DNA from: Escherichia phage pEC-M719-6WT.2
Reading direction: 5' to 3' (one strand)
Sequence record: OQ845958.1
DNA length: 64,000 bases
Every line of letters starts with the position of its first letter. The first letter of the stretch is position 1. A program made the position numbers and the translations under genes. Under the pieces are notes generated by a model, which did no database searches, had not been told where the DNA came from, and saw nothing but the letters and a program-made list of their open reading frames with translations. Shown here piece after piece: positions 47,563 to 56,405 of the stretch.

Positions 47563-49376
47563 CAATTGAAAACGAAATTGAAGGATTGATTCATAAAACT
47601 AATAAAGACCTTTTAAACGAGAATGCTAATAAAGATTCTCGTGTTTTTCCAACTCAACGGGACCTTATGGCTGGTATTGTATCTAAACACATTGCCAAAA
47701 ATATGGTTGCGCCTTTTATTATGAAAGCACATGAAAGTGGAATTATTCATTTCCATGATATTGATTATTCCCCTGCTCTTCCATTTACTAATTGCTGTTT
47801 AGTAGATTTAAAAGGAATGCTTGAGAACGGATTTAAGCTTGGTAATGCACAGATTGAAACTCCTAAATCAATCGGTGTTGCTACTGCAATTATGGCACAA
47901 ATTACTGCACAGGTTGCTTCTCACCAATATGGCGGAACGACTTTTGCTAATGTAGACAAAGTATTTTCTCCTTATGTTAAACGTACATACGCAAAACATA
48001 TTGAAGATGCAGAAAAATGGCAAATCACTGATGCATTGAATTATGCCCAATCTAAAACAGAAAAAGACGTATACGATGCATTCCAAGCTTATGAATATGA
48101 AGTAAATACTCTCTTTAGTTCAAACGGACAAACGCCTTTTGTAACCATTACATTTGGTACGGGAACTGACTGGACTGAACGAATGATTCAGAAAGCAATT
48201 CTGAAAAATCGTATCAAAGGTCTTGGTCGCGATGGGATAACTCCTATTTTCCCTAAACTTGTTATGTTCGTTGAAGAAGGTGTTAATCTTTATAAAGACG
48301 ACCCGAACTATGATATTAAGCAGCTTGCTCTAGAGTGTGCAAGCAAAAGGATGTATCCTGATATTATTTCAGCTAAGAATAATAAAGCTATCACTGGTTC
48401 ATCTATTCCTGTTTCTCCAATGGGTTGCCGTAGTTTCTTGGGCGTATGGAAAGATTCGACTGGTAATGAAATTCTTGATGGACGTAATAATCTTGGTGTT
48501 GTAACACTGAATCTTCCTCGCATTGCGTTAGATTCTTATATTGGAACACAGTTCAATGAACAGAAATTTATCGAATTGTTCAATGAGCGAATGGATTTGT
48601 GTTTTGAAGCTTTGATGTGTAGAATTAATTCCTTAAAAGGAGTTAAAGCGACTGTTGCTCCTATTCTTTACCAAGAAGGTGCATTCGGGGTTCGTCTTAA
48701 ACCTGATGATGATATAATTGAGTTATTTAAAAACGGTAGAAGTTCAGTGTCTTTGGGATACATTGGTATTCACGAATTGAATATTCTTGCCGGTCGTGAT
48801 ATTGGGCAAGAAATTTTAACTAAAATGAATGCTCGTCTTAAGCAGTGGACTGAAAGAACCGGTTTTGCTTTTAGTTTGTATTCTACACCTGCTGAAAACC
48901 TTTGTTATCGCTTCTGTAAACTTGATACTGAAAAATATGGAAGTGTAAAGGATGTTACTGATAAAGGCTGGTACACTAATAGTTTCCATGTTTCAGTAGA
49001 AGAAAATATCACCCCGTTTGAAAAGATTTCCCGCGAAGCTCCATATCATTTCATTGCGACAGGTGGTCACATTTCTTATGTTGAACTTCCTGATATGAAA
49101 AATAACTTAAAAGGTCTTGAGGCTGTATGGGATTATGCTGCGCAACATTTAGATTATTTTGGTGTTAACATGCCAGTAGATAAATGTTTTACGTGTGGAA
49201 GTACCCATGAAATGACTCCTACTGAAAACGGATTTGTTTGTTCTATTTGTGGAGAAACTGACCCTAAAAAGATGAACACAATAAGAAGAACTTGTGGTTA
49301 TTTGGGAAATCCGAACGAACGCGGATTTAATCTCGGCAAAAATAAAGAAATCATGCATAGGGTTAAACACCAATGA
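47559..49376 (+). CDS. nrdD: anaerobic ribonucleoside-triphosphate reductase NrdD
   Basis: 605 aa as T4 NrdD; C-terminal CxxC...CxxC and glycyl-radical region; uninterrupted (no intron). Confidence 0.9.
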   Translation: MTIENEIEGLIHKTNKDLLNENANKDSRVFPTQRDLMAGIVSKHIAKNMVAPFIMKAHESGIIHFHDIDYSPALPFTNCCLVDLKGMLENGFKLGNAQIETPKSIGVATAIMAQITAQVASHQYGGTTFANVDKVFSPYVKRTYAKHIEDAEKWQITDALNYAQSKTEKDVYDAFQAYEYEVNTLFSSNGQTPFVTITFGTGTDWTERMIQKAILKNRIKGLGRDGITPIFPKLVMFVEEGVNLYKDDPNYDIKQLALECASKRMYPDIISAKNNKAITGSSIPVSPMGCRSFLGVWKDSTGNEILDGRNNLGVVTLNLPRIALDSYIGTQFNEQKFIELFNERMDLCFEALMCRINSLKGVKATVAPILYQEGAFGVRLKPDDDIIELFKNGRSSVSLGYIGIHELNILAGRDIGQEILTKMNARLKQWTERTGFAFSLYSTPAENLCYRFCKLDTEKYGSVKDVTDKGWYTNSFHVSVEENITPFEKISREAPYHFIATGGHISYVELPDMKNNLKGLEAVWDYAAQHLDYFGVNMPVDKCFTCGSTHEMTPTENGFVCSICGETDPKKMNTIRRTCGYLGNPNERGFNLGKNKEIMHRVKHQ

Positions 49377-49843
49377 ATTATGATAGAATTTATCCTTGTG
49401 ATTTTATTAATGGCCCTGGATGCAGGGTCGTTCTTTTCGTCACAGGTTGTTTGCATAAATGCGAAGGGTGTTATAATAAATCAACATGGAATGCTAGAAA
49501 TGGTGTTCCATTCACTGGTGAAACACTAGAACAATTAATTGAATGTTTGGATAATGATTATATAGAAGGATTAACTATAACTGGAGGAGACCCTCTCTAT
49601 CCTGATAACCGAGATGTTATTCAATCTGTGGTTCAAACTGTTAAAAATCTTTATCCAAATAAAAGCATTTGGATGTGGACAGGATATAAGTTTGAAGATA
49701 TTAAACAACTAGAAATGCTTAAATATGTTGATGTTATTATTGATGGGAAGTATGAGAAAAATCTTCCGACCAAAAAACTGTGGCGAGGGTCAGATAATCA
49801 GCGACTTTGGTCAAATACCGATGGGGTGTGGAAACATGATTAA
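49373..49843 (+). CDS. nrdG: anaerobic RNR activating enzyme NrdG (radical SAM)
   Basis: CLHKCEGC radical-SAM cluster motif; downstream of nrdD. Confidence 0.9.
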   Translation: MNYDRIYPCDFINGPGCRVVLFVTGCLHKCEGCYNKSTWNARNGVPFTGETLEQLIECLDNDYIEGLTITGGDPLYPDNRDVIQSVVQTVKNLYPNKSIWMWTGYKFEDIKQLEMLKYVDVIIDGKYEKNLPTKKLWRGSDNQRLWSNTDGVWKHD

Positions 49844-49957
49844 ATTTAATTATATTATGGATACTATAAATGATATGATTTTTCATTTTGGTCCAGAATT
49901 TTATTCGCAGTATAGTTTAGTGCTTATCAATGCTTGGTTAATCAATTAAGGGTAAAT

Positions 49958-50173
49958 ATGAATAAATTTCGTAATGCTGTTTCTGATATCCTGGCCAATA
50001 TTACATTTGTCCTGTTTATTGTGTGCCTTTTAATCCTGGTTATCCCATTTGGATTGCTGTTTGTGATGATTGGTGCCCTGAGTACTGAAAAGGGCCTCGA
50101 AGGGTCTGAGTTCGACAAACGAATCCAGGCTGTGCATAGTGTTATTGCTAAAATGATGAAGGTGAAAGAATGA
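49958..50173 (+). CDS. small membrane protein
   Basis: 71 aa from ATG; long hydrophobic segment. Confidence 0.5.
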   Translation: MNKFRNAVSDILANITFVLFIVCLLILVIPFGLLFVMIGALSTEKGLEGSEFDKRIQAVHSVIAKMMKVKE

Positions 50174-50469
50174 AACGTTTTGAAGAATATGTAGCTACTA
50201 ATTGGACCGCGTGGGACAAGTTCGGTGATGAATGGTACTTCCACGACTGTGACCTGGACCCGAAATTCTTTGCTGATAAAGAAGAAGACCTTAAAGATAT
50301 CTATGCTCTATCTGAGATTCATGGAATCAAACCGACGGTTTATTTCTCTTTCGATGACACAGGTTTCCTTATTCAGATTTATGTCCCGTATGCAACCGCC
50401 AGCGATGAAGAAGTTATTAAAACCTGGAACTACCAAGGAGTGATTTCCTGTGGGCCAAAACTCGACTAA
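50170..50469 (+). CDS. hypothetical acidic protein
   Basis: 99-aa ORF, ATGA overlap. Confidence 0.5.
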   Translation: MKRFEEYVATNWTAWDKFGDEWYFHDCDLDPKFFADKEEDLKDIYALSEIHGIKPTVYFSFDDTGFLIQIYVPYATASDEEVIKTWNYQGVISCGPKLD

Positions 50470-50767
50470 GATTGAAATCTATGGTATCCCCGAAGAAGTC
50501 GGTCGATGCCCTGGTTGTATGCACGTCAGGGGCCTTCTGGGCTCCTTAAACCTTCCTTATACATTCTATTCAGTCCTTAACAAACAAGGCTCTGAAATCG
50601 CTTATGACAGGCCTTTAATCGTGTCTTTGGCTAAGCGTGGTGGATATCCTACTCTTAACATTCGTTACCCGGTGATTTTTGTCAATGATGAAAAAATGAC
50701 CAATATTCCTGCCTTTAAAACAAAACTGATATCCCTGGGGTACGACCAGGACTTAATTGAAGATTAA
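50450..50767 (+). CDS. NrdH-like glutaredoxin (CPGC redox motif)
   Basis: IYGIPEEVGRCPGC thioredoxin-fold motif; GTG start in ORF track, true start uncertain. Confidence 0.55.
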   Translation: MGQNSTKIEIYGIPEEVGRCPGCMHVRGLLGSLNLPYTFYSVLNKQGSEIAYDRPLIVSLAKRGGYPTLNIRYPVIFVNDEKMTNIPAFKTKLISLGYDQDLIED

Positions 50768-50835
50768 AAAAGGGGTGTACAAGCCCCTTTGAACGGTGTA
50801 TCATTATCCCATCAACTACTGATGAGGAAAACAAA

Positions 50836-51012
50836 ATGGTTATTGAAGATAAAGAAATTAAAGTCAACCAGTATTATTCAATCAACGGCAAAGCTGTTTT
50901 AGTAACTGAAATATCTAGCCTGGATGTGTGGTATACCATAATTGACCTTGGTATTAAAATGATTTGTGACCGTGGAGTGTTTTGTTCGATAGCTAAGGAA
51001 ATTAAATTATGA
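50836..51012 (+). CDS. small hypothetical protein (58 aa)
   Basis: ATG behind promoter/leader cassette; stop overlaps next ATG. Confidence 0.4.
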   Translation: MVIEDKEIKVNQYYSINGKAVLVTEISSLDVWYTIIDLGIKMICDRGVFCSIAKEIKL

Positions 51013-51263
51013 GCCTGAAATTACACTCAATGAAAAATATCATTACCCTTAATCTGGATGATGAGCGCCTAATTTTTCTCACCGTCACTGATAAGAATAT
51101 TGAAATTGCAAATGGTCCTAAGACTTATTGCTGCCCAGTGAAGAATTGGAAGCATGTAACCTTTTTGACCCTGTGCGACCGTCTGAAAGACCTTAAGTTG
51201 GATTTGGATGTCAAAGATATCCAGTACATTAAAAATCTTATTGGATACAAACTGTTGAGGTAA
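51009..51263 (+). CDS. hypothetical protein
   Basis: 84-aa ORF. Confidence 0.5.
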   Translation: MSLKLHSMKNIITLNLDDERLIFLTVTDKNIEIANGPKTYCCPVKNWKHVTFLTLCDRLKDLKLDLDVKDIQYIKNLIGYKLLR

Positions 51264-51265
51264 CT

Positions 51266-51559
51266 ATGGGTAAAACTATCCGTCGTAAAGAATTGTCTTC
51301 TAAAGATTTTAATTGCATAGCTAGACGTAAAGCACCTGACGGTGTATCAGAAGAAACTTTGAATAAAAATATCTTCCGTTCGGACAAATGGAAACGTTTT
51401 TGTGGTGTTGATTCTGAAGTCAAGAATGAGATGAATCGTCAACTGCGCAAAGAAGTTCGTCAGTTGAAAAAAGATGTATACGTTGAGGATGATTTGGATT
51501 ATAATACTTCTCACCGTGTTGCAAAACGTAAATCAAACGAATGCTATCGTTACAGCTGA
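51266..51559 (+). CDS. hypothetical basic protein
   Basis: 97-aa ORF. Confidence 0.5.
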   Translation: MGKTIRRKELSSKDFNCIARRKAPDGVSEETLNKNIFRSDKWKRFCGVDSEVKNEMNRQLRKEVRQLKKDVYVEDDLDYNTSHRVAKRKSNECYRYS

Positions 51560-51566
51560 GGAAAAT

Positions 51567-51698
51567 ATGAATATCAAACGTATGCTTTTTAAACAAGGGT
51601 TATACACTTTAAATTCTGCTCCAAAAGGCGATACAACCAAGTGGTCAGTAAATGACTGGATTGAATTTATTGATGAAAACGGTAACTGGAAAATTTAA
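51567..51698 (+). CDS. small hypothetical protein (43 aa)
   Basis: ATG after SD GAGGAA. Confidence 0.35.
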   Translation: MNIKRMLFKQGLYTLNSAPKGDTTKWSVNDWIEFIDENGNWKI

Positions 51699-51896
51699 AT
51701 GAACCCTGAATCTAAATTATCACAACGAATTGCTGAAGCCCGTCGCCAGTTCTTTGAAAATATGATAGCTCAAGGCATTGATGACGAAGTTTTTCTGAAC
51801 TGGTTTTGGAATCACAAATATTCAAGTTGCTCAGGAGCAATATTGATATCAGCCGCAATGATGTATGAAGGCTGGAAAGCGGCTAAAGCGCAATAA
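51699..51896 (+). CDS. hypothetical protein
   Basis: 65-aa ORF. Confidence 0.45.
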   Translation: MNPESKLSQRIAEARRQFFENMIAQGIDDEVFLNWFWNHKYSSCSGAILISAAMMYEGWKAAKAQ

Positions 51897-51968
51897 AAAT
51901 CAACGGGGTCATGGTATAATGACCCCAGGATAATAAAATTTTAATTTAATGAGACTGAGGAATATATC

Positions 51969-52295
51969 ATGACTGCATCTATCACTAACATCATCGCTAA
52001 TTTCGCATTTGCTAAAGTTAACACTCTGATGAAATCTGGTTTTGTTACCCCTGAGATTCTGGACCAGTGGGAAGGCGATGTACAGAAACTGATTATTGCA
52101 GAAGGTCAGACAATGGGTAAAGCGCGTATTCGTGAAAGCCTTGTCCAGTATATCCTGAATGAATTTGATGTAGCAGCGTTTGGTCTGCCGCTTCTGCGCG
52201 AAAACAAAGAAGTTTCTGATAAAGCTATCAAGCGTATGAAGTCCCAGCGCAAGAAAGGTTTTGTTGACCTGAAAATTGTTAAGGGTGCAAAATGA
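51969..52295 (+). CDS. hypothetical protein
   Basis: 108-aa ORF behind promoter cassette. Confidence 0.5.
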   Translation: MTASITNIIANFAFAKVNTLMKSGFVTPEILDQWEGDVQKLIIAEGQTMGKARIRESLVQYILNEFDVAAFGLPLLRENKEVSDKAIKRMKSQRKKGFVDLKIVKGAK

Positions 52296-52555
52296 TGTGC
52301 CCTGCTATTGAATTACCTGAAGGTGTTGCGGTAATAGTATCTTACAAACATACGTATGCTAATGGAATTCGCCGAGCTCATAAAATTAGTCACGGTTACT
52401 ATTTACAAAGGACTTTAAATTATTTCATTTCAATGGGATATGAATTCAGAATCTATCCTATGTGTACTAAAACCAAGTACACTAAAATCGATGCTTGGGA
52501 AGCTTGGGCGGAAGGCATGACATTAGACGAATTCCTGGACTACTTAAATGATTAA
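52292..52555 (+). CDS. hypothetical protein
   Basis: 87-aa ORF, ATGA overlap. Confidence 0.5.
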   Translation: MMCPAIELPEGVAVIVSYKHTYANGIRRAHKISHGYYLQRTLNYFISMGYEFRIYPMCTKTKYTKIDAWEAWAEGMTLDEFLDYLND

Positions 52556-52814
52556 AATAAAACTCTCTAATTACGATAAAAACCTGGAAATGATTACTAT
52601 GAAAGAAGAACTCCTGAATGATGTACGTCTGGCGGGTTATGCAGTTCAATTTAATGATGTTGGTGTTCTCCAGATTGAAGGTGACCACTTTATTATTGAA
52701 TATGAATTCCATCAGTATTGGTTGTATGCCAAAGATGAAGTAGGTGGGATTGATTATGTTGACCAGTTTGATAAGCTTGACGATGTTTTAGAAGCTGCTC
52801 AGATGGTGTACTGA
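52548..52814 (+). CDS. hypothetical protein
   Basis: 88-aa ORF; alternative start 52593. Confidence 0.45.
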   Translation: MIKIKLSNYDKNLEMITMKEELLNDVRLAGYAVQFNDVGVLQIEGDHFIIEYEFHQYWLYAKDEVGGIDYVDQFDKLDDVLEAAQMVY

Positions 52815-53080
52815 TGCACATCAATCATACAATGATATCCGTCCAGGACCTGGGAACGTTTTGGGTGGATGAATTTATGAAAATAACATTCTTCCCGCAC
52901 GCAGAAGGGTATGGCTCTTGGGAGTCCCATATTAGTATGCTGAATGAAGGGCAATACCGCAACAAACATGACCGCCTGATGGAATTCATTAGCGATGCCG
53001 AGGTTATCCCTTATATTGACATTCATGAATTTAAGGCAATTATGGAGAAGGTCTTTCAGGCTTACTGTTTACTTCGCTAA
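52814..53080 (+). CDS. hypothetical protein
   Basis: 88-aa ORF. Confidence 0.5.
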   Translation: MHINHTMISVQDLGTFWVDEFMKITFFPHAEGYGSWESHISMLNEGQYRNKHDRLMEFISDAEVIPYIDIHEFKAIMEKVFQAYCLLR

Positions 53081-53105
53081 TGCTTTGTATTAAGGATGAT
53101 ATAAT
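53079..53105 (+). promoter_or_regulatory. candidate MotA-dependent middle promoter for gene 55
   Basis: TAATGCTTTGTA (MotA-box-like TGCTT) about 12 nt upstream of TATAAT, 24 nt before gene 55 ATG. Confidence 0.4.
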
Positions 53106-53128
53106 ATTCATATACTAAGCGAGGCGAT

Positions 53129-53686
53129 ATGAACGAAATTAAATTAACCAAGAATAACTATGTAAATAATAAAGAGCTTCTGAAAGCTATTTCGGAGTGG
53201 AAACAGAAGCTGAATGCGAACACCGACCCGAATAAAATTATTCGCCAGAACGATGTTATTGGTCTGGCAATTATGCTTATAGCCGAAGGTCTTAGCAAAC
53301 GTTTCAACTTCTCCGGATATACCCAATCCTGGAAGCAAGAAATGATTGCAGACGGAATTGAGGCCGCAATAAAAGGTCTTCATAACTTCGACGAAACAAA
53401 ATACGATAATCCACATGCTTACATAACAATGGCTTGCTTCAATGCTTTCGTTCAGCGTATCAAAAAAGAACGTAAAGAAATGGCAAAGAAATATAGCTAC
53501 TTCGTTCATAACGTGTATGATTCACGTGACGACGATATGGTGGCTCTGGCTGATGAAACATTTATCCAGGACATCTATGACAAAATGACACAGTACGAAT
53601 CCTCTTTAGTTAAAGCGCCAGGGTCTGATAAGAGCGCCAAAGATAAAGAAGGTGATTTGGATTTTTTATATGGAACATCAATTTGA
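53129..53686 (+). CDS. 55: late transcription sigma factor gp55
   Basis: ...[18 protein letters not shown]...[21 protein letters not shown]...[18 protein letters not shown]... closely matches recalled T4 gp55; 185 aa. Confidence 0.95.
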   Translation: MNEIKLTKNNYVNNKELLKAISEWKQKLNANTDPNKIIRQNDVIGLAIMLIAEGLSKRFNFSGYTQSWKQEMIADGIEAAIKGLHNFDETKYDNPHAYITMACFNAFVQRIKKERKEMAKKYSYFVHNVYDSRDDDMVALADETFIQDIYDKMTQYESSLVKAPGSDKSAKDKEGDLDFLYGTSI

Positions 53687-53903
53687 TATTACCGATTTTT
53701 TAGATAAAATCGAGGAAGACTTTACTGCGCTCCCATATTTCATTAAACTTTATCTGCGAGACATAAAAGGTCTTCCAATTGATATCGACCCTTTAAACGT
53801 CCGGAATCTGGAATTTACTTCGCCGGATAATAACGTTGATTACCGTTATCATGTGGATAATGCTAATCTATATTTTACAATTGAGTTAACTCCCAAGGAT
53901 TAA
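53670..53903 (+). CDS. hypothetical protein
   Basis: 77 aa from ATG inside ORF-track frame. Confidence 0.45.
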   Translation: MEHQFDITDFLDKIEEDFTALPYFIKLYLRDIKGLPIDIDPLNVRNLEFTSPDNNVDYRYHVDNANLYFTIELTPKD

Positions 53904-53904
53904 T

Positions 53905-54216
53905 ATGCAAGCTCCAGATATTTCTCAACTGACCGATAAGCAGATTGAAGAAGCACAGGAACGTCTCGAAGAAGCGAACGCGCTCGAAGCACAGAGTCAA
54001 GCGGCAAAGATTCTGAAAAAGAATGCTCGTGAAATTGCACGACTGAATAAGCATGCTCAAGGGGCAGTGCTGGAAAACAATTTTGAAGCATACAAATATG
54101 CTTTAGTTAAACTGCGTGGAATTTACCGCCAACCAGTTACGGAAGACCTGATTAAGTTGATGTGGGAAACTACTCGCAAACAAATTTGGGAAATCGTAAA
54201 TGGCATTAGTAAATAA
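53905..54216 (+). CDS. hypothetical protein
   Basis: 103-aa helical ORF. Confidence 0.5.
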   Translation: MQAPDISQLTDKQIEEAQERLEEANALEAQSQAAKILKKNAREIARLNKHAQGAVLENNFEAYKYALVKLRGIYRQPVTEDLIKLMWETTRKQIWEIVNGISK

Positions 54217-54400
54217 ACCTTTTAAACGGCTTCTTGTTGGAGCCGCTTTCAGACTTCGCTCATATGGTAATATCTGTATCAAGCAGACTGAAACCGAATA
54301 TAAAATGGTTGGGCAGTATTCCGATGAAATTTTTCGGATTGAGCCTGTAGCCAAGGTTTGGGTGGATTCACATCAACTTAAGAAGTGGTGGCAACGATGA
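54200..54400 (+). CDS. hypothetical protein
   Basis: 66-aa ORF. Confidence 0.45.
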   Translation: MALVNKPFKRLLVGAAFRLRSYGNICIKQTETEYKMVGQYSDEIFRIEPVAKVWVDSHQLKKWWQR

Positions 54401-54555
54401 TAACATGGACTGCTGGTTAATGAATGACGAATACGAAAAAGTTTAAGAGGTGTATTATGACTATTGATGATGTAGATATTCTTACTTCCGACGAATTAAA
54501 ACGATTGGGTAATATATTTCAAGACGAACATCCTGATTTTTAAGAGGTCATATGA

Positions 54556-54729
54556 ATGACGAATTCGACGGATTTTGATAAGATTAAATCTGATAAAAAT
54601 GAGATGATACTTCAATTTGAAGCCGCTCGTATTAAAGCAGAAAATGAAGGTACTATTAAATATAAGCCTATCAAGTTCAGGTCTTCTCATGAACCTCTGT
54701 ATGGTGTATTAATTGGAAAGGAAGCCTAG
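54556..54729 (+). CDS. small hypothetical protein (57 aa)
   Basis: ATG after SD AAGAGG; followed by terminator. Confidence 0.4.
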   Translation: MTNSTDFDKIKSDKNEMILQFEAARIKAENEGTIKYKPIKFRSSHEPLYGVLIGKEA

Positions 54730-54743
54730 TGCTTCCTTTTTTG
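54720..54743 (+). terminator. rho-independent terminator
   Basis: GGAAGC-ctagt-GCTTCC followed by TTTTTT. Confidence 0.7.
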
Positions 54744-54786
54744 CTTTATATTCGGGATGATAAAATGAACCAACTGAGGAGAGTAT

Positions 54787-54930
54787 ATGGTATTATTTTT
54801 AGGATATGTCGTGTTATTCATGGCATTCTACACATTCACACGAGCTTGTTGGATAGGATTCTTTTCTACTCCCGACGGGTTCATTTCAATAATTTTATTT
54901 TGCACTGCGATAACGGCGCTTGGCTTATGA
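54787..54930 (+). CDS. candidate 47-aa hydrophobic peptide coupled to gene 47
   Basis: ATG after SD GAGGAGAG; stop overlaps gene 47 ATG (ATGA); out of frame with the spurious upstream extension of gene 47. Confidence 0.35.
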   Translation: MVLFLGYVVLFMAFYTFTRACWIGFFSTPDGFISIILFCTAITALGL

Positions 54931-55946
54931 AAATTTTAAATTTAGGCGATTGGCACTTGGGTGTCAAAGCTGACGACCCATGGGCTCAAAACATTCAACG
55001 TGATGGTATTTTACAGGCGATTGCATATTCCAAAGCGAATGGAATTAAAGTCTGGATTCAATATGGTGATATTTTTGACGTCCGTAAGGCCGTAACGCAT
55101 AAGACAATGGAATTCAGCCGCGAGATTATGGAACTCCTTCGTGAAGCAGGAATTACTATGCACACGATAGTCGGGAACCATGACATGAATCTGAAGAATA
55201 AGATTCATCCTAATGCTATCACTGAACTCCTGAATAAGTATGACCATGTTAAAATCTACGACAAGCCAACGACTGTTGATTTTGACGGTTGTCAGATTGA
55301 TATGATTCCATGGATGTGTGACGAGAACGCGACTGACATTCATCAACACATCAAAACTTCTGGTGCCGAATATTGCATCGGTCACTGGGAATTAACCGGG
55401 TTTTATTTCTATAAAGGATTGAAATCCCATGGGCTTGAGCCCGATTTCCTTAAGAAGTACAAGCAAGTTTGGTCTGGGCACTTCCATACCATTTCGGAAG
55501 CTGCGAACGTTAAGTACATAGGGACACCATGGACATTAACAGCAGGTGATGAGAATGACCCGCGCGGATTCTGGGAATTTGATACAGAAACCGAAGAGAT
55601 GAAATTTATTCCGAATGAAACCACCTGGCATCGGAAGATTTTTTATCCAAACGAAACTATTAACTACGACGACTTCAAAGACTTATCAGTCCGTGTTATT
55701 GTAGAAAAAGTCGATAAAGACCTGACCAAGTTCGAATCTGAATTAGAAAAGCGTGTACATGAATTGCGTGTTGTCAATAAGGTTGATAACAGTGTTGATA
55801 CGACTGACTCCGAAGAAGAGTTAGACATAAAACGCTTAACTGATATGATGGCAGAATATATTGATGCATTACCTGACACCAATGAGAAAGAATCAAAAGC
55901 TCTTAAAGCATTGGCCAACAAATTATATCTTGAGGTGCAACCGTGA
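54927..55946 (+). CDS. 47: recombination endonuclease subunit gp47 (Mre11-like)
   Basis: MKILNLGDWHLGVKADD...IQYGDIFDVRK...GNHD... matches recalled T4 gp47; 339 aa from internal ATG. Confidence 0.9.
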   Translation: MKILNLGDWHLGVKADDPWAQNIQRDGILQAIAYSKANGIKVWIQYGDIFDVRKAVTHKTMEFSREIMELLREAGITMHTIVGNHDMNLKNKIHPNAITELLNKYDHVKIYDKPTTVDFDGCQIDMIPWMCDENATDIHQHIKTSGAEYCIGHWELTGFYFYKGLKSHGLEPDFLKKYKQVWSGHFHTISEAANVKYIGTPWTLTAGDENDPRGFWEFDTETEEMKFIPNETTWHRKIFYPNETINYDDFKDLSVRVIVEKVDKDLTKFESELEKRVHELRVVNKVDNSVDTTDSEEELDIKRLTDMMAEYIDALPDTNEKESKALKALANKLYLEVQP

Positions 55947-56206
55947 AACTTTATGATTTTAATGAAGCGGGTCTTGAACATATCCGCGAATGTGATGTGG
56001 TCGACGACGATAATCAACCGAATACTATTAAGTATTGGTTTGAAGCTATCACTGACCGGGAAACCGGTCAACTTATCAAAGTCTATGTAGTCACCGATTG
56101 GGCCGTGGAATTTAGCTTTAATGTAATGGTAGATGATACTCCAGAAACATTAATTCATATGGCTGAATCATGCATCAAGGATGCTTATAATGATGAAAAT
56201 GTATAA
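55943..56206 (+). CDS. hypothetical protein
   Basis: 87-aa ORF with GTG start overlapping gene 47 stop; start uncertain. Confidence 0.45.
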   Translation: MKLYDFNEAGLEHIRECDVVDDDNQPNTIKYWFEAITDRETGQLIKVYVVTDWAVEFSFNVMVDDTPETLIHMAESCIKDAYNDENV

Positions 56207-56405
56207 ACATGATTTTCATATTGGCGATGGCTGGTTCGGTAATGTAGAATGGGACGTGGATGGTTCTTGGTATACCGGAACTATGTATGTCACTTCTGAA
56301 TATTCTGAAGGTGTTTCATGGGCCATGGAACTTGACGACGTGTTTGCTTCTTCCGAAGAAATGCTAGAATATGCTGAACAAACAATTCGTGAGAACAATA
56401 CATGA
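56181..56405 (+). CDS. hypothetical acidic protein
   Basis: 74-aa ORF; several in-frame ATGs (56181, 56190, 56199). Confidence 0.45.
   Translation: MLIMMKMYKHDFHIGDGWFGNVEWDVDGSWYTGTMYVTSEYSEGVSWAMELDDVFASSEEMLEYAEQTIRENNT

Noticed and set aside
47559-49376. Intron or homing endonuclease in nrdD (T4 carries one)
   Set aside because: nrdD reads as one uninterrupted 605-aa frame; no GIY-YIG/HNH/LAGLIDADG motifs seen anywhere in the window.
49725-49949. 74-aa ORF overlapping the 3' end of nrdG (possible 37-aa peptide from ATG 49837)
   Set aside because: Mostly internal to nrdG in another frame; the short downstream part has no SD. Not reported as a gene.
54729-54926. N-terminal 66-codon extension of the gene 47 ORF
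   Set aside because: True start is MKILNLGDWHLG at 54927; the extension crosses a terminator and an out-of-frame coupled micro-ORF.
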